Of a stretch of DNA of 64,000 nt, positions 13,300 to 25,759 are shown piece after piece (within the stretch, counting starts at the first letter, position 1; every line of letters starts with the position of its first letter). The notes beneath the pieces were generated by a model. The model saw nothing but the letters and a program-made list of their open reading frames with translations, did no database searches and had not been told where the DNA came from. Source of the stretch: Mobula birostris (Eukaryota); the NCBI RefSeq assembly GCF_030028105.1, contig NC_092376.1:39542935-39606934 (forward strand), written 5' to 3'. The position numbers and the translations under genes are program-made.

Positions 13300-13830
13300 T
13301 GAGGAACTTACCTCCTAACACCCCAAAGCCTGTACGTCGCATACAAGACTCAAGTCTGAGTGCGATGGAATACTCTCCGCTTGCCTGGATGAGAGCATCT
13401 TCAACAACACTCAAAAAGCTCGACACAATCTAAGACACGGCAGCCCACTTGACAAGCAACCCACCCACAACCATTCACTCATTCTACCACGGACACACAG
13501 TGACACCAATGGCTACACTTCAGCAATTTCCCAACAATCCTTTGACCACATCTTCCAAACCCTGATCTCTACCAGACAAGGGTAGCCAAAGCACACAAAC
13601 ACAAGCTCCTGGAAGTTCACCTTGAAGCCTGTCACTATCCTGACTTGGAAATGTATTGCTGTTGCTTCACTATGGCTGGGTCAAAATCCTGGAACCCCTT
13701 CCCACACAGCAGTGTGGCTATACGTGCACCTCAAGGGCTGCAGCTGTTCAAGAGGGTGACTCACCCCCATCTTCTCAAGGGCAACGAGGGATGAGCAATT
13801 AAACGCTGGCCTCGCTTGCTAAACTCAATC
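13300..13830 (+). mobile_element. Ancient CR1/L2-group LINE 3' end
   Basis: YKTQV..MEYSPLAWMRASSTTLKKLDTI remnant. Confidence 0.6.
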
Positions 13831-14079
13831 ACTTGTTAACTGAACAAGGGCCAACTAACAAGAGCTGCCCACAGCTTCAATGCAAGCTGGGAGAAGCGGT
13901 TTCTTTGTAATATGAGGGTAAAATCTAAAAAACAATCTGAATCTTAAAAATGAAATGAAGGATGGCGTTTAGAGTATTCAATTTGCTACCAATAACGTGA
14001 AAGGAAAGTAGCTGGCAGGTAATAAATACAAAAAAAAATAAAAATCAAATTGAATAAAGTAATGTATAGGTCTGTTTTA

Positions 14080-14345
14080 AGACCATAATACATAGGAGCA
14101 GAATTAAGCTATTTGGCCTGTGGAATCTAATCCACTATTTCACTATGGCTGATACAATTTTCCTCTCAGCCCCAATCTCCTGCCTACTCTCCATATTCCT
14201 TCATGCCCTGACCAATCAAGAATCTATCAACCTCTGCCTTAAACATATATACAGACTTGGCCTCCACAGCTGCCTGTGGCAAAGGATTTCACAGATTCAC
14301 CACTCTCTGGCTAAAGAAATTCCTCCTCACCTCTGTTCTAAAAGG
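14080..14345 (-). mobile_element. CR1 3' end
   Basis: Matches the CR1 3' ends at ~22025 and ~37950. Confidence 0.7.
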
Positions 14346-14484
14346 ACTTAATTTGCAAACCACGTATTACCCAAAGTAAAGCACTGTGATTGCACAGCAA
14401 GCCACATGCAAAGAGCACAAAATTTTTTTAAACTGCATTATTTTCAAATAATCACATCAAAAATCAGGCTATCACTTTCAAAGA

Positions 14485-16080
14485 CTGGTGGAGTTGGAGA
14501 CTGTATAGTGATCAAAAGGTGCAGCAGGATTTAGATCAGCTACAGATATGGGTGGGTGGATGAGGTTTCATCTGAGCAAATACAAGATGTCGCACTTTGG
14601 GAGATCAAAGTAAGTGAGAAGTGTACAGTTAATGGCAGGACCCTCAACTGCATTGATATGCAAGGAAGTTTGGAGAGCAAGTCCAGAGCTCGCTGAAAGT
14701 GGCTTACGTTTTTCATTGGTCAGGATGCTGACTAAGGAAGAAGTTGAGAAAGAAACTTGATTGGTTAGGCTGTACTTGAGGTAGTATACAATCTGGTCCT
14801 CCATTACAGAAAGAATCTGGAACCTTTGAAAAGGGTGCAGAAAGGTTCACCAGGATGGTGCCTGAAATCGAGGCCATGAGCTATAAAGAGAGGTTGGGTT
14901 ATTTGCTCTGGAAATATTCTCAAGCGACCTGATAGACATTCATAAAATTATGAGAGGTAAAGGTAGGACAAATAGTTAAAATCTCTTTTCACATGTTAGA
15001 AATGCAGAAGACTAAAGGGCACACATTTTAAGGTGAAAAGGGAATGTCAAGATGTGTGGACAAGTTTTTTTTTAAAACACAGAGTACGTGCCTGATACAA
15101 CACTGGTGTTTAAGAGGCTTTTAAATACGTAGGGAATGGAGGGGTATGGCCCATGTGCTGGACTGGGCCTCTGTTGTTTGTGATGTGTATGCATTAAATG
15201 ACCCAGATGAAAATGTAGATGAGTGGGTTAGTAAGTTTGCAGATGACACAAAGATTGGCTGTACAGTGGATAGCAAAGAAGACTGGCAAAGAATACAGCT
15301 GGATATAGACCCATTGCAGATATGGGCAGAGAAATGGCAGATGGAGTTTAACTTAGTCAAATGTGATGTGTTGCACCTTGGTAGGTCTAATGTAAAAACA
15401 TGATAAACTGTTGAGGGCAAGGCTCTTAACAGCACTGATGAACAGAGGGACCTCGGGCTCCAAGTTTATAGCTTCCTGAAAGAGGCTACACAGATTGATA
15501 CAATGGTTAAGAAGGCATATGGCGTGCTTGCCTTCGTTAGTCAAGGTGATGAGTTCAAAAGTCAGGAAGTTATGTTGCAGCTTTATAATACTCTAGTTAG
15601 TTCAAAGTAAATTTACTATCAAAGTACATATGTTACTGCATACAACCCCAAGATTTATTTTCTTGCGGGCATACTCAATAAACCCAATAACCGTAATTGA
15701 ATCAACAAAAGACCACCCAACAGGGCAGTGTGAAAATACAAAAAGAAAGAAAAACAAAGTAATAACAACACATAAATAAGCAATAAGTATCAATGAAGAG
15801 TCCTTAAAAGTGAGTCTATAGGTTGTGAGAACAGTTCAGTGATGGGGTGAGTGAAGTTGTCCCCTCTGGTGCAAGAGCCTGATGGTTGAGGGGTAATAAC
15901 TGTTCCTGAACCTGTTGGTGTGAATCCTGAGGCTCTTGTACCTTCTTCCTGATGGCAGCAGCGAGAAGAGAGCATGTCCTGGCTCTCATCTACTCTCATT
16001 CAGTCCCATCTGGAGTATTGCATACAGTTCTCGTCACCCCATTAAAGGAAGGATGTCATGGCTTTGGAGAAGGTGCAGAA
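14485..16080 (+). mobile_element. CR1 RT fragments with a nested minus-strand Rex1-type 3' fragment (~15601-15985)
   Basis: SKFADDTKIG..WAEKWQMEFN; the CR1 frame is interrupted at 'tctagttag' and resumes near 16003. Confidence 0.8.
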
Positions 16081-16099
16081 AAAAAACTGTCCAACTTCT

Positions 16100-17025
16100 T
16101 GTTATAGCACATGTCCTCTAATTCAGGCTACATCATGACATGGTATGGGAATACTGATGCCTTTGAAAATCCTACAAACGTTAGTAGATTCAACCCAGTA
16201 CATCTCACGTAAAGCCCTCCCAACCATTGAGCACATCAACATGAAACGCTGTTGTAGGAAAGCCACATCCATCATCAAAGATCCTCACCACCCAGGCCAA
16301 ACTCTTTCCCCGCTGCTGCCATCAGGTAGAAAGTGCAAGAGCCTCAAAAGAGGATGCTGTCCAAGTTGCATGCCATCTTGGACAATATCTTCCATCCACT
16401 ACATAATGGACTGGTTGGGCGCAGGAGTACATTCAGCCAGAGACTCATTCCACCGAGATGCAGCACAGAGCATCATAGGAAGTCATTCCTGCCTGTGGCC
16501 ATCAAACTTTACAACTCCTCCCTTGGAGGATCAGACACCCTGAGCCAATAGATTGGTCCTGGACTTATTTCCTGGCATAATTTAGATATTACTATTTAAC
16601 TATTTATGGTTTTATTACTATTTAATTATTTATGGTGCAACTGTAACGAAAACCAATTTTCCCCGGGATCAGTAAAGTATGACTATGACTCGCACCACCA
16701 GGTTCAAGAACAGTTACCACCCCTCAACCATCAGACTCCTGAACAAAAAGGAATAACTACACTCATTTATTGCAATCTTCCCATAGCTAATGATCTCACT
16801 TTAAGGATTCTGCCATGTTATTTCATGTGCTCATTATTTATTGCTATTTATTTATATTTGCATTTACACTATTTGTTATCTATCTCCACTCTAGCTGATC
16901 TTTCATTGATCCTGTCATTGTTACTATTCTGTAGATTTTTTGAGTATGTCTGCAGGAAAAAGAACCTCAGGGTTGTATGTGGTGACATATACATTATGCA
17001 TTCTGATAATAAAATTTACTTTGAA
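16100..17025 (+). mobile_element. Rex1-type 3' fragment with a second Rex1-family copy nested at ~16351-16690
   Basis: SIIKDPHHPG..LLPSGRK is interrupted by the ILDNIFHPL element with a (GACTAT) tail; the host resumes at cgcaccaccagg. Confidence 0.75.
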
Positions 17026-17435
17026 GTTGCTGCAAATACTGCCGATATCAGTGGTGAGTTATCCTGGGGACAAATGCTGCTGCAAGCCTCTGAGATGCTG
17101 ACAAAGATGTTCATTACATCTGCCACTTAACTGTAATGAGCAGGTTACCTGATCAAGAGGGCAATGAAGTTAAGGCTGATAACAAGTTTACCTGATATCC
17201 TCTAGCCTGCCTCACACTAAAGGTAATGTGCTAACAAGTGAAGAAAGAACCCACTTGTTCTGCTCAATCCTTAGGTCGGGATCCAGTAGCCCGTTGAAAT
17301 GCTTCCACCATCATCTCAAGTCCTAACCTCAGAATATTAATTTAGTTTGAACAAAAGTATGTTTTACTGTGCAGACCAAATGGATTTCAATATGCATTGG
17401 CTAAAATTAATACAACTCGGCTGTCCTCAATTACA

Positions 17436-18684
17436 AACACAAGAGATTCTACAGATGCTGGAAATCCAGAGCAACACATACAAAATGCTGGAGAAACTCA
17501 GTAGGTCAGGCAGCATCCATGGAAACGAATAAACAGTTGACCTTGTGGGCCGAGATCTTTCATCAGGACATATTGCCTCACCTGGAAGGATGGCTTGGAG
17601 CCTGGAATGGAGGTGGGCAAGTAGATGAATGGGAGACACTCGCACTTCTGCTGCTTGCAGGGGTAAATGCAAGGAGGGAGATTAGTAGGGAGGAACAAGT
17701 AAATCACGGAGGGAGTGATCTCTGCAGGAAAGCGGAGAGTTGGGGTGGGGAGGGGTAAAGATGCGTTTGGTGGTAGGGTCCCATTTGAAGATGGCGGAGT
17801 TGTGGAGAATGATGTGTTAGATGCAGAGGCTTCCAAGGTGGTAAGTGAGAACAAGATGAACTCTATCAATTAAGGTGGCGGTAAGATGGGGTAAGCATGA
17901 ATGTCCAGGGAATGGAGGAGATGTGGGTGAGGGAAGCATCAATGGTGGAGGAATTCAGGTCTCCAAACAGCCCTTCCAGGTGAAGCAAGATTTCACCTAC
18001 AAATTTGTTAGGATCGTCTACAGTATCTGGTGCTCTCAATGTGGCCTCCTCTATGTTGGTGAGACTTGATGTAGAATGGAGGGACTACTTTGTCAAGCAA
18101 CTTCACTCCATTTGCAAAAAGCAGGATTTCCTGGCAACCAACCATTTCAATTCCAATCCCATTTCCCATTCCACCATGTCAGTCCACGGCCTCCTTCTGT
18201 CAAGATGAGGCCATTCTCAGGTAGGCAGAGCAATACCTTATATTCCATTTAAGTAACCTTCAACCTGATGCCATGAACATTGATTTCTCCAACTTCTGAT
18301 AAATGTTCACTCTCCTTTTCCCTCTTCTTCATTTTCCCACTCTAGCTCCCCTCTTGTAGCTCCTCCTCACCTCTCTATCATCTCCCCGTGGTATCCCTCT
18401 ACCTCCCATTTCTTCCATGATCTACTCTCCTCTCCTATCAGATTCCATCTTTTCCAACCCTTTACCTTTTAAACCTATCACCTGCTTACTTCAGTTACCC
18501 CTCCCCCAACCACCTGGCTTCACCTATCACCTTCTAGGTTGTACTCCTCCCCTCCCAGGAAGATATTGGCATTTTCCCCTTCCTTTTCAATCCTGATGAA
18601 GGGTCTCGGCCCAAAACATTGACTGCTTTTTTCTATTTCCATTGATGCTGCCCAAACTGCCGAATTCCTCCAGTATTTTGTGTG
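17436..18684 (+). mobile_element. Penelope-like element with an inverted 5' part and GIY-YIG endonuclease remnant
   Basis: IVYSIWCSQCGLLYVGET (GIY-YIG) on the plus strand; inverted copy of the same element at ~17436-17950; TSD tgtcctc(a/g)attaca at 17422-17435 and 18685-18698. Confidence 0.9.
18589..18624 (+). ncRNA. Degenerate minimal hammerhead ribozyme motif in Penelope 3' end
   Basis: AATC-CTGATGA-AGGGTCTCGGCCC-AAAA-CATT-GACT; the core GAAA is mutated to AAAA. Confidence 0.5.
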
Positions 18685-19399
18685 TGTCCTCGATTACACT
18701 GTTGCTTTGTCACCAGTGTATTGATCAGACAAGCATGATCACAATCGGAAAACCAGATGAGATCTTTCTGACAAGGGTTGAGGTGTCAAGTTACTGTCAT
18801 CATAGAATGCTATGATAGAGTTCCTGTAACTATTACAACTCATTGAAGCCTAATATCCAACAGAAGAATTTCACTTTAACAGCATGAAGGGATCAGTCAG
18901 TTCAAGACAATTCCACAAGCCCTGCTCACTACCTATTCCCATTGTCAGATATGAAAGGATTGCATTGTGTGCATTATAACCGCTTAGTAACAACAATTTA
19001 TGTATATACATAGAATCAGTCTATGTATCTAAGCTAATAAGCTAACCTTGTGTATGTGGGCACACTCAACAGTGAATTTTACAGTGCATTTGTAGGATAG
19101 CTTTTATATTTATTGTTGTTATGCTGCATCCGATCCAATCACCATGTACACCTTTACACTCGTGTATTGAAGGATGACAATCGATTATTTGAATCTAGAA
19201 AAACCACACTCTACAGAATTACTACATTTCACAACTCAGCAAGGATGTCGGTCTTTAAAAATATAGGTTGGCCACGTTTCAACTGTCATTCCCAGATACA
19301 AACTATTTGCTCAGCCATAACCTACCCCAGAACAATTACTGCAATGTTCCCTAAAGGTTTTTGTTGTTATTGCTAAAAAAGGCAACAATGTCAAGTTAC

Positions 19400-19665
19400 A
19401 TCAGGAAGTTGGAAGAACACCATTTGGAAGATGGTTCAGTCCTGTGTTTTCAAAGCAACAATATTTCTGGCAAATATCTGTACATCCTGGTGTAAGATGG
19501 TGTTGGGGAAACATAACAACGACTTGCTGCCAGCAAACCAAATTATTAACTACTTTATTAATCAGACTTTTTCTGGAAAACAATCACTGCAATCAATCAC
19601 TGTAACCTCCCTTTCAAGTTGAGCTTTTGAATCACCCTTACGACCTGGCATTTTTGCAGTGTGAA
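19400..19665 (-). pseudogene. Degenerate exon (VHTAKMPGRKGD..EKV*LIK*LIIW..)
   Basis: atttcag| acceptor in phase with the preceding exon; |gtaact donor; several stops. Confidence 0.5.
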
Positions 19666-19669
19666 CTGA

Positions 19670-20390
19670 AATCTTGAAGGTGCAGGATGGTTGCTGTATT
19701 GCGTGTGTGGGCTGAATCCAGGCAGCAGGGCCTGTGCCAGTGAGCGGGGAACGAGCCAATATTTGGCCATTGTTGGAACGGACTCAGAACCGATTCGAAG
19801 TGGCAGAACAGAGGCGAGGCTGAGTCGAGGTGGCGAGGCCCAGGCCCAGGCCCAAGAGCAAGGAACAAGCTGATATGCGACTGATTTAAGCACCGGATCA
19901 GATTGGAAAGTTGGGTACAGGCCAAATCAAGGCAGCGGGTCCCGGTCCCGAAAGTGTATCAAAACAGCAGGGCCTCAGTGCAAGACCAAGGAACAAACTG
20001 CTGTTTGGTGGATTTAAGCGGTGGACCAGATTGAAAAGTTCAGAGTGTCAGGGCCGGAGGAGAGAGACAGTGTTCAACTTGGCTATTCATGAGGTTTACT
20101 TGTCTCTGTGCTAAATTGAGGCTGTGGCCAGCAACTAACAGGCTTCTGGATCAGCTGTGGTGATGACTGGTTTCAAGGCTGTGGACTCACTCACGTGAAC
20201 TTCAGTTCTGAATGTTATTTGCTTACTTTTATTGTTTGCAGAATTTTTTTATCTGCACATTCGGTGTTTTGACAGTCTTCTTTTATAATAAGTTCTGTCG
20301 GGTTTCCTTGTTTTATGGCCGCCTGTCAGGAGACGAATCTCAAGGCTGTAAGTCGTATACATACTTTGACAATAAATGTACTTTGAGTAT
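19670..20390 (+). mobile_element. Non-coding retroposon-like element with GC-rich body and Rex1-like 3' tail
   Basis: 3' end gaatctcaaggctgta..ctttgacaataaatgtactttga resembles the tails at ~16960-17025 and ~15601-15660. Confidence 0.55.
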
Positions 20391-20950
20391 TCAGTCAAGT
20401 TCAAGTTCAAATGTCATTTACCCATAGATGAATACAGTTAAACAAAACAGCATTACTCTCCAGCCAAAGTGTAAAACATTTGTTAATAAGGAACAGCTAA
20501 TTATTAATAGGAATAATTACATTGGATATATTTTTGTGTTGTTCGTTAACCTTTGCATGGTTAAATGATCAGCCATGTGAAGTGAACTTGCAGGACGTGG
20601 ATACAGTGAGCAAACAATAACAAGGCATTAAAATCCACACATTATGCTCACTAGCACACTACTAGACTTTAAAGAAACGCAAGTTAGTGACTCCAAACCT
20701 TCCTTACTACTTTTCCAGCTATTCGAGAGATCACTATTTAAAGAAATGTTCATTCTTGTTACACCTGTTCAATGCATTAATTAGTTATTCAACAGCATTA
20801 CTTATTGTATAGTCCGCAACACATTTAAAAACATTAACCAAACTTTTTTCAACCAATATTATGATATACTTCATAATATTCAGCACTTGTCTAATCTAAA
20901 TTATACCTTAGTCTTCATTGTAAAAATATGCACATGTTACATTCACTTAC

Positions 20951-21020
20951 CTCCATGCCTGTGAGAATGGAATTAATCTGCCACCTTTAAAGCTCTGAAT
21001 TCATCTGACTGCCTCCAACC
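20951..21020 (-). pseudogene. 70-nt exon GWRQSDEFRALKVAD*FHSHRHG
   Basis: attattttag| acceptor and strong GAG|gtaagt donor; one stop; SFI1-like W+......A..(F)H pattern. Confidence 0.65.
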
Positions 21021-21269
21021 CTAAAATAATCCTGCTGGTCATAAATTATACATTCACCTCCAGCAATGACACTTCCACCAGTGCACACACAGACTGCCAT
21101 TGAATTATATGCCTATATATTTTGCATAGTTACCGTGCTTAAAACTTGTAATTAGTAGAACTCATCAGCAGTTAAATTCATTTGACACACTGCTGTTACA
21201 ATGCAAGTAGTTATGAATTTATAAAGGAAAAGAATATGCTTATTTTTAAATGAGCTTAAGTATTTTGTT

Positions 21270-21660
21270 GCCCTTGTATCATCTTTTCAGACCTCCTCTG
21301 TTGTTATGAGGTATGGATGAGGACCAATGGAATGGCCTCGTTGAATGGAGAGAAATGATAACCAAGCTTTTTTGGAAGAATGGATGGATAGGATGAGATT
21401 GATTCTCTTCATCTGAAATCTGCCTGAAGCCACTTCAGAAAGAAGATCACAAACACATCATCCAAGAGCCTATTTTTCTGATGGCAGTTGGAACAATGAG
21501 TGTTGAGAACCATGACTTTGAAGAATAAGTTGATCTGGATTTTATTGTACATGTCAGAGCTTCTGCATTGTCCAACATGGAATTACGGTGTTAGGGAACT
21601 TTCTAGAGGAATGAAATTATAGATAGCATAATTATGGATTAATTGAAATGAGATTCAGCC
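21270..21660 (-). pseudogene. Degenerate exon (AESHFN*..; RLLDDVFVIFFLKWLQA)
   Basis: Strong ttttgtttccttag| acceptor at 21660; the 3' boundary is uncertain. Confidence 0.45.
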
Positions 21661-22024
21661 CTAAGGAAACAAAACCTGTTCACAATTTATTTTCCAACTA
21701 TTACTTTGGCTAGTGAAACAAATCATTGGGTGTGGGGCACTCTGATTTTGTCCCATTGAAGCTACACATGGCAAGATAAAAGATGAATGTTCATGCTATC
21801 AGTGATTGTGAAAACTCCAGAATGCAATCAGGGACGGCATTAAGAGATTATCTCCTATACTAACACAGGCGTATCCTTGCCACTGAACGCTCAGGTCTGC
21901 TTTTGTCACTTGTAATTTCTGGCTAGTTTTATATTCAGGAATCCATTTCTCAACACTAACAAAGTGGTGTCTGGTGATTCTGCTCAGAAGCTTTTGGAAT
22001 GACATCAGTATTGAACACAAAATA

Positions 22025-24920
22025 TAAAATATAGGAGCATTTGGCCCATTGAAGCTGCTCCGCCATTTCGTCACAGCTGATCCATTTCTCTCTCAGCCCC
22101 AATCTCCTGCCTTCTTCCCACATCCCTTCCTGCCCTGGCTAATCCAGAAACTATAAATCTCTGCTTAAATATACCCAATACCTTGCCCTCCGCTGCTATC
22201 TATGGCAACAAATTCTACAGATTCATCACTCTCTGGCTAAAGAAATTCGTCCTTGTCTCCGTTCCAAATAGATGTCCTAATATTCTGAGGCTGTGTCTTC
22301 TGGTCCTACACTCACCCAATATAGGAAATATCTTCCCCATCTCCACTCCATCAGGGCCATTCAACATTTGATAGGTTTCAATGAGACACCCCTCTTGTTC
22401 TTCTGAAATCGAGTGAATAAAGGCCCAGAGCCATCAAACGTTCCTCATATGATAAGCCTTTCAATCCTGGAATCATTTTCATGAACCTCCTTTGAACTAT
22501 TTCCAATGTCAGCACATCCTTTCTTAAATATGAGGCCCAAAACAGCTCACAATACTCCAAGTGAGGCCTCACCAGTGCCTCATAAAGCCTCAACATTACA
22601 TCCTTGCTTTTATATTCTAGTCCTCTTGAAATGAATGCGAACATTGCATTTGCCTTCCTCACCACCAACTCAACCTACAAATTAACTTTTAGGGAATTCT
22701 GCATGAGGACTTCCAAGTCCCTTTGCACTCAGATTTTTTTTAATTTTTTCTCCATTTAGAAAATAGTCTATGCTGTTTTTCTTCTACCAAAGTACATGAC
22801 CATACACTTTCAGGCACTGTATTCCATCTACCACATCTTTGCCCACTGTCATCAAAACTTCCTGCTCCTCTACATGTCTTTGTATTGGACACAAAGCCAT
22901 CGATTCCATCATGCAAGTCATTGACATATAGCGTAAAAAGCAGTTCCCGACACAGACCCTGTGTAACACCAATAGTCACTGGCTGACAACCAGAAAAGGA
23001 TCCCTTTAATCCCTTTCTTTGTCTTCTGCCAATCAGCAATGCTCTGCCCATGCTGGTATCTTTCACATGGGGTCTTAACTTTTTAAGCAGCCTCATGTGT
23101 GGCACCTTGTCAAAGGCCTTCTGAAAATCCAAGTACTGTACACAATATCAACCAATTCTCCTTTGTCTCTCCTGCTTGTTGTTTCTTCAAAGAATTCCAA
23201 CAGATTTGCCTGGCAAGATTTCCCCTAAAGGAAACCATGCCCACTTTGGTCAATTTTATCATGCCCCTACAAGTACCCCAAAACCATATCCTTAACAATC
23301 AATGCCACATCTTCCCAACCACTGAGGTCAAAGGTCAGACTAAATGGCCCATAATTTTCTTTCTGCTGCCTCTCTCAATTCTTTAAGAGTGGAGTGACAT
23401 TTGCAATTTCCCAGTTCTCCAGAACTATTCCAGAACCTATTAGTTCTTGAAAGATCATTACTAATGCCTCCACAATCACTTCAGCTACATCTTTCAAAAC
23501 CTGGGATGTAGACCATCTGATCCAGGGGACTCTTCCACCTTCAGACCTTTCAGTTTTCCAAGCATCTTCTTCTCCCTAGTATGGCAACTTCACTCATTCC
23601 TTCCCCCTGCCACTCTCAAGGTTCTGGTGTATTGCTAGTGCCTTCCACAGTGAAAACTGATGCAGATTATGATTCAGTTTGTCCACTATTTCCTTGACCC
23701 TAGTCTCCAGCATCATTTTCCAGCAGTTCGATATCTACTCTCACCTGTCTTTTACACTTTATCTATCAGAAGAAACTTTTGGTATCCTCTTTAGTATTTT
23801 AGGCTAGCTTACCTTTGTATTCCATTGCTTTCCTCTTTATAACTTTTTAGTTGCCTCCTATTGGCTTTTAAAAGCTTCTCAGTACTCTAACTACAGACTA
23901 ATTTTTGCTCTATTACATACCCTCCCTTTGCTTTTATGTTGGCTTTGACCTCTCCTGTCAGCCATAGTTGCGCATTCCTACCTTTAGAACACTACTTCGT
24001 CTTTGGGATGTATCTATCTTGCACCTTCTGAATTGCTCCCAAGATTCCAGCCTTTGCTGCTCTGCCATCATCCCTGTTATCCCTTCCATTCAACCTTGGC
24101 CAGCTCCTCTCTCATGCCTCTGAAATTCCCTTTAATCCACTGTAATGCTGATACATCTGACTTTTGTTTCTCCCTCTCAGATTTCAGGGTGAGTTCAACC
24201 ATATTATGATCACATCCCCTAAGGGTTCCTCTACCTTAAGCTCTCTAATCAATTCTGGTTCATTGCACAACACCCAGTCCAGAATAGCTAATCCCCTAGT
24301 GGGCTCAGCCATGAGTTGCTCTGAAAAGCCATCTCGTCAGCCTTCCACAAATTCCCCTCTTAGGATCCAGCATCAACCTGATTTTCCCAATCTACCTACA
24401 TATTGAAATCCCCCTTGACTGTCATAACATTGCCCCTTTAACTTGCATTTTCTATCTCCTGTTGTAATTTGTAGACCACATCTTTGCTACTGTTTAGAGG
24501 TCTCTATATAATTCCCATCAATGTGTTTTTACCCTTGCAGTTTATCTACTCACAACGATTCTACACCTTCTGATCCATTGTCACCTCTTTCAAAGGATTC
24601 GATTTCATGTTTTACCAAGAGAGCCACGCAACCCTCTTTGGCTATCTGCCTGTCATCTCAATACAACGTTTATCCTTGGACGTTAAGCTCCCAGCTATCA
24701 TCTTTCAGACACGATTCAGTGATGCCCACAATGTCATACATGCTGATCTCTAACTTATTCCATATACTGCAAATATAACACCTTCAGTCCTGTATTTATC
24801 TTCCTTTCAGATTTTGTCCCGCTTTTACATTGAATCTCATCCCGTTGACTACAATTTTGCACCATCACCAGCCTCTCCTTGCTAGCAGTCTCAGTACACA
24901 CTGCCAGCTACCCCATCCTC
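22025..24920 (-). mobile_element. CR1 LINE, long degraded copy (endonuclease plus RT)
   Basis: ORFs with DFQKAFDKVPH and ALVRPHLEYC; APE-region remnants. Confidence 0.9.
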
Positions 24921-25210
24921 ATTTCCTTTGAATATTCAATAAGCTGCTGCTTGAGATGTTCACCCATATCGTTGAATCTAGTCAACGATACCTGACTAGA
25001 TTTTAGATTTTAAAGTTGAGTCGGTGACTTTAGCCATTGAAGTTGAACATTCGTTGTTATTTTGTGTTTAAAAGGTGTAAGATATTGCATCAGGACAGTG
25101 AGATTTTTCTGGACTCCAACATCTTCTAACGATGGACTCCAACATCTTCCCAACTCTCTCTCCTGAAGGTTTACTCTTCCATGTGACCGTTTTAGTCGGT
25201 TACAACATAC

Positions 25211-25346
25211 TGAAGCTACTGAACCATGTCCATTGATCAGCAGAGCTCAATCTTCCCAGCATTTCCTTTGAGAGTTATCAGCTCTCCAGCCTTGTACCCC
25301 ATTAGATCTGGTGAAGGATCCATAACCCCAAGGATCGCAATAGAGA
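25211..25346 (-). pseudogene. Degenerate exon (SLLRSLGLWILHQI*W..)
   Basis: atccctccag| acceptor and |gtatgt donor; continues in phase 0 from the 28399 exon; 3 stops. Confidence 0.55.
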
Positions 25347-25759
25347 CTGGAGGGATGGACAGGAGGAAAGAAAGAGAAGTGAGTTGTTTGACTTTTTTGT
25401 TAATAAAGTTTTAAGTGTTTGCACTGACTTTAAATTTTAAAGGCTTATGTCTGAATTGAAATGTATTTTTATTTTCAATTGCTTAAAAATTTCAGAGCAT
25501 CAGGTCATGCCCCTAAAGCCCATGACAGTTATACGAAATGCAAGTTCAGAAGTGGAGTGATCACAGGCAACAATCACAGTGACAAGCTTGTGCCAGCAAT
25601 TTCTATCCCGTAAATAGAAAAATACCCCATACCAGGTAATGACCTCACAACTGTGGTTGAATATACATTAATATTAGTGAAAAAGAGTGCGTTTATTCAC
25701 TCTGCTAGATTAAAGGGCTGGTAGTTGAGAAGAGAAACTCAAAGAAACCAAGGGTTACA

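Noticed and set aside
16606-17130. 174-aa hydrophobic ORF
   Set aside because: It runs through T-rich 3' UTRs of nested Rex1 fragments.
25110-25150. Short direct repeat (tggactccaacatcttc); also ~17-bp imperfect repeats at 10534-10575
   Set aside because: Local duplications in or next to CR1-derived sequence, with no further structure.
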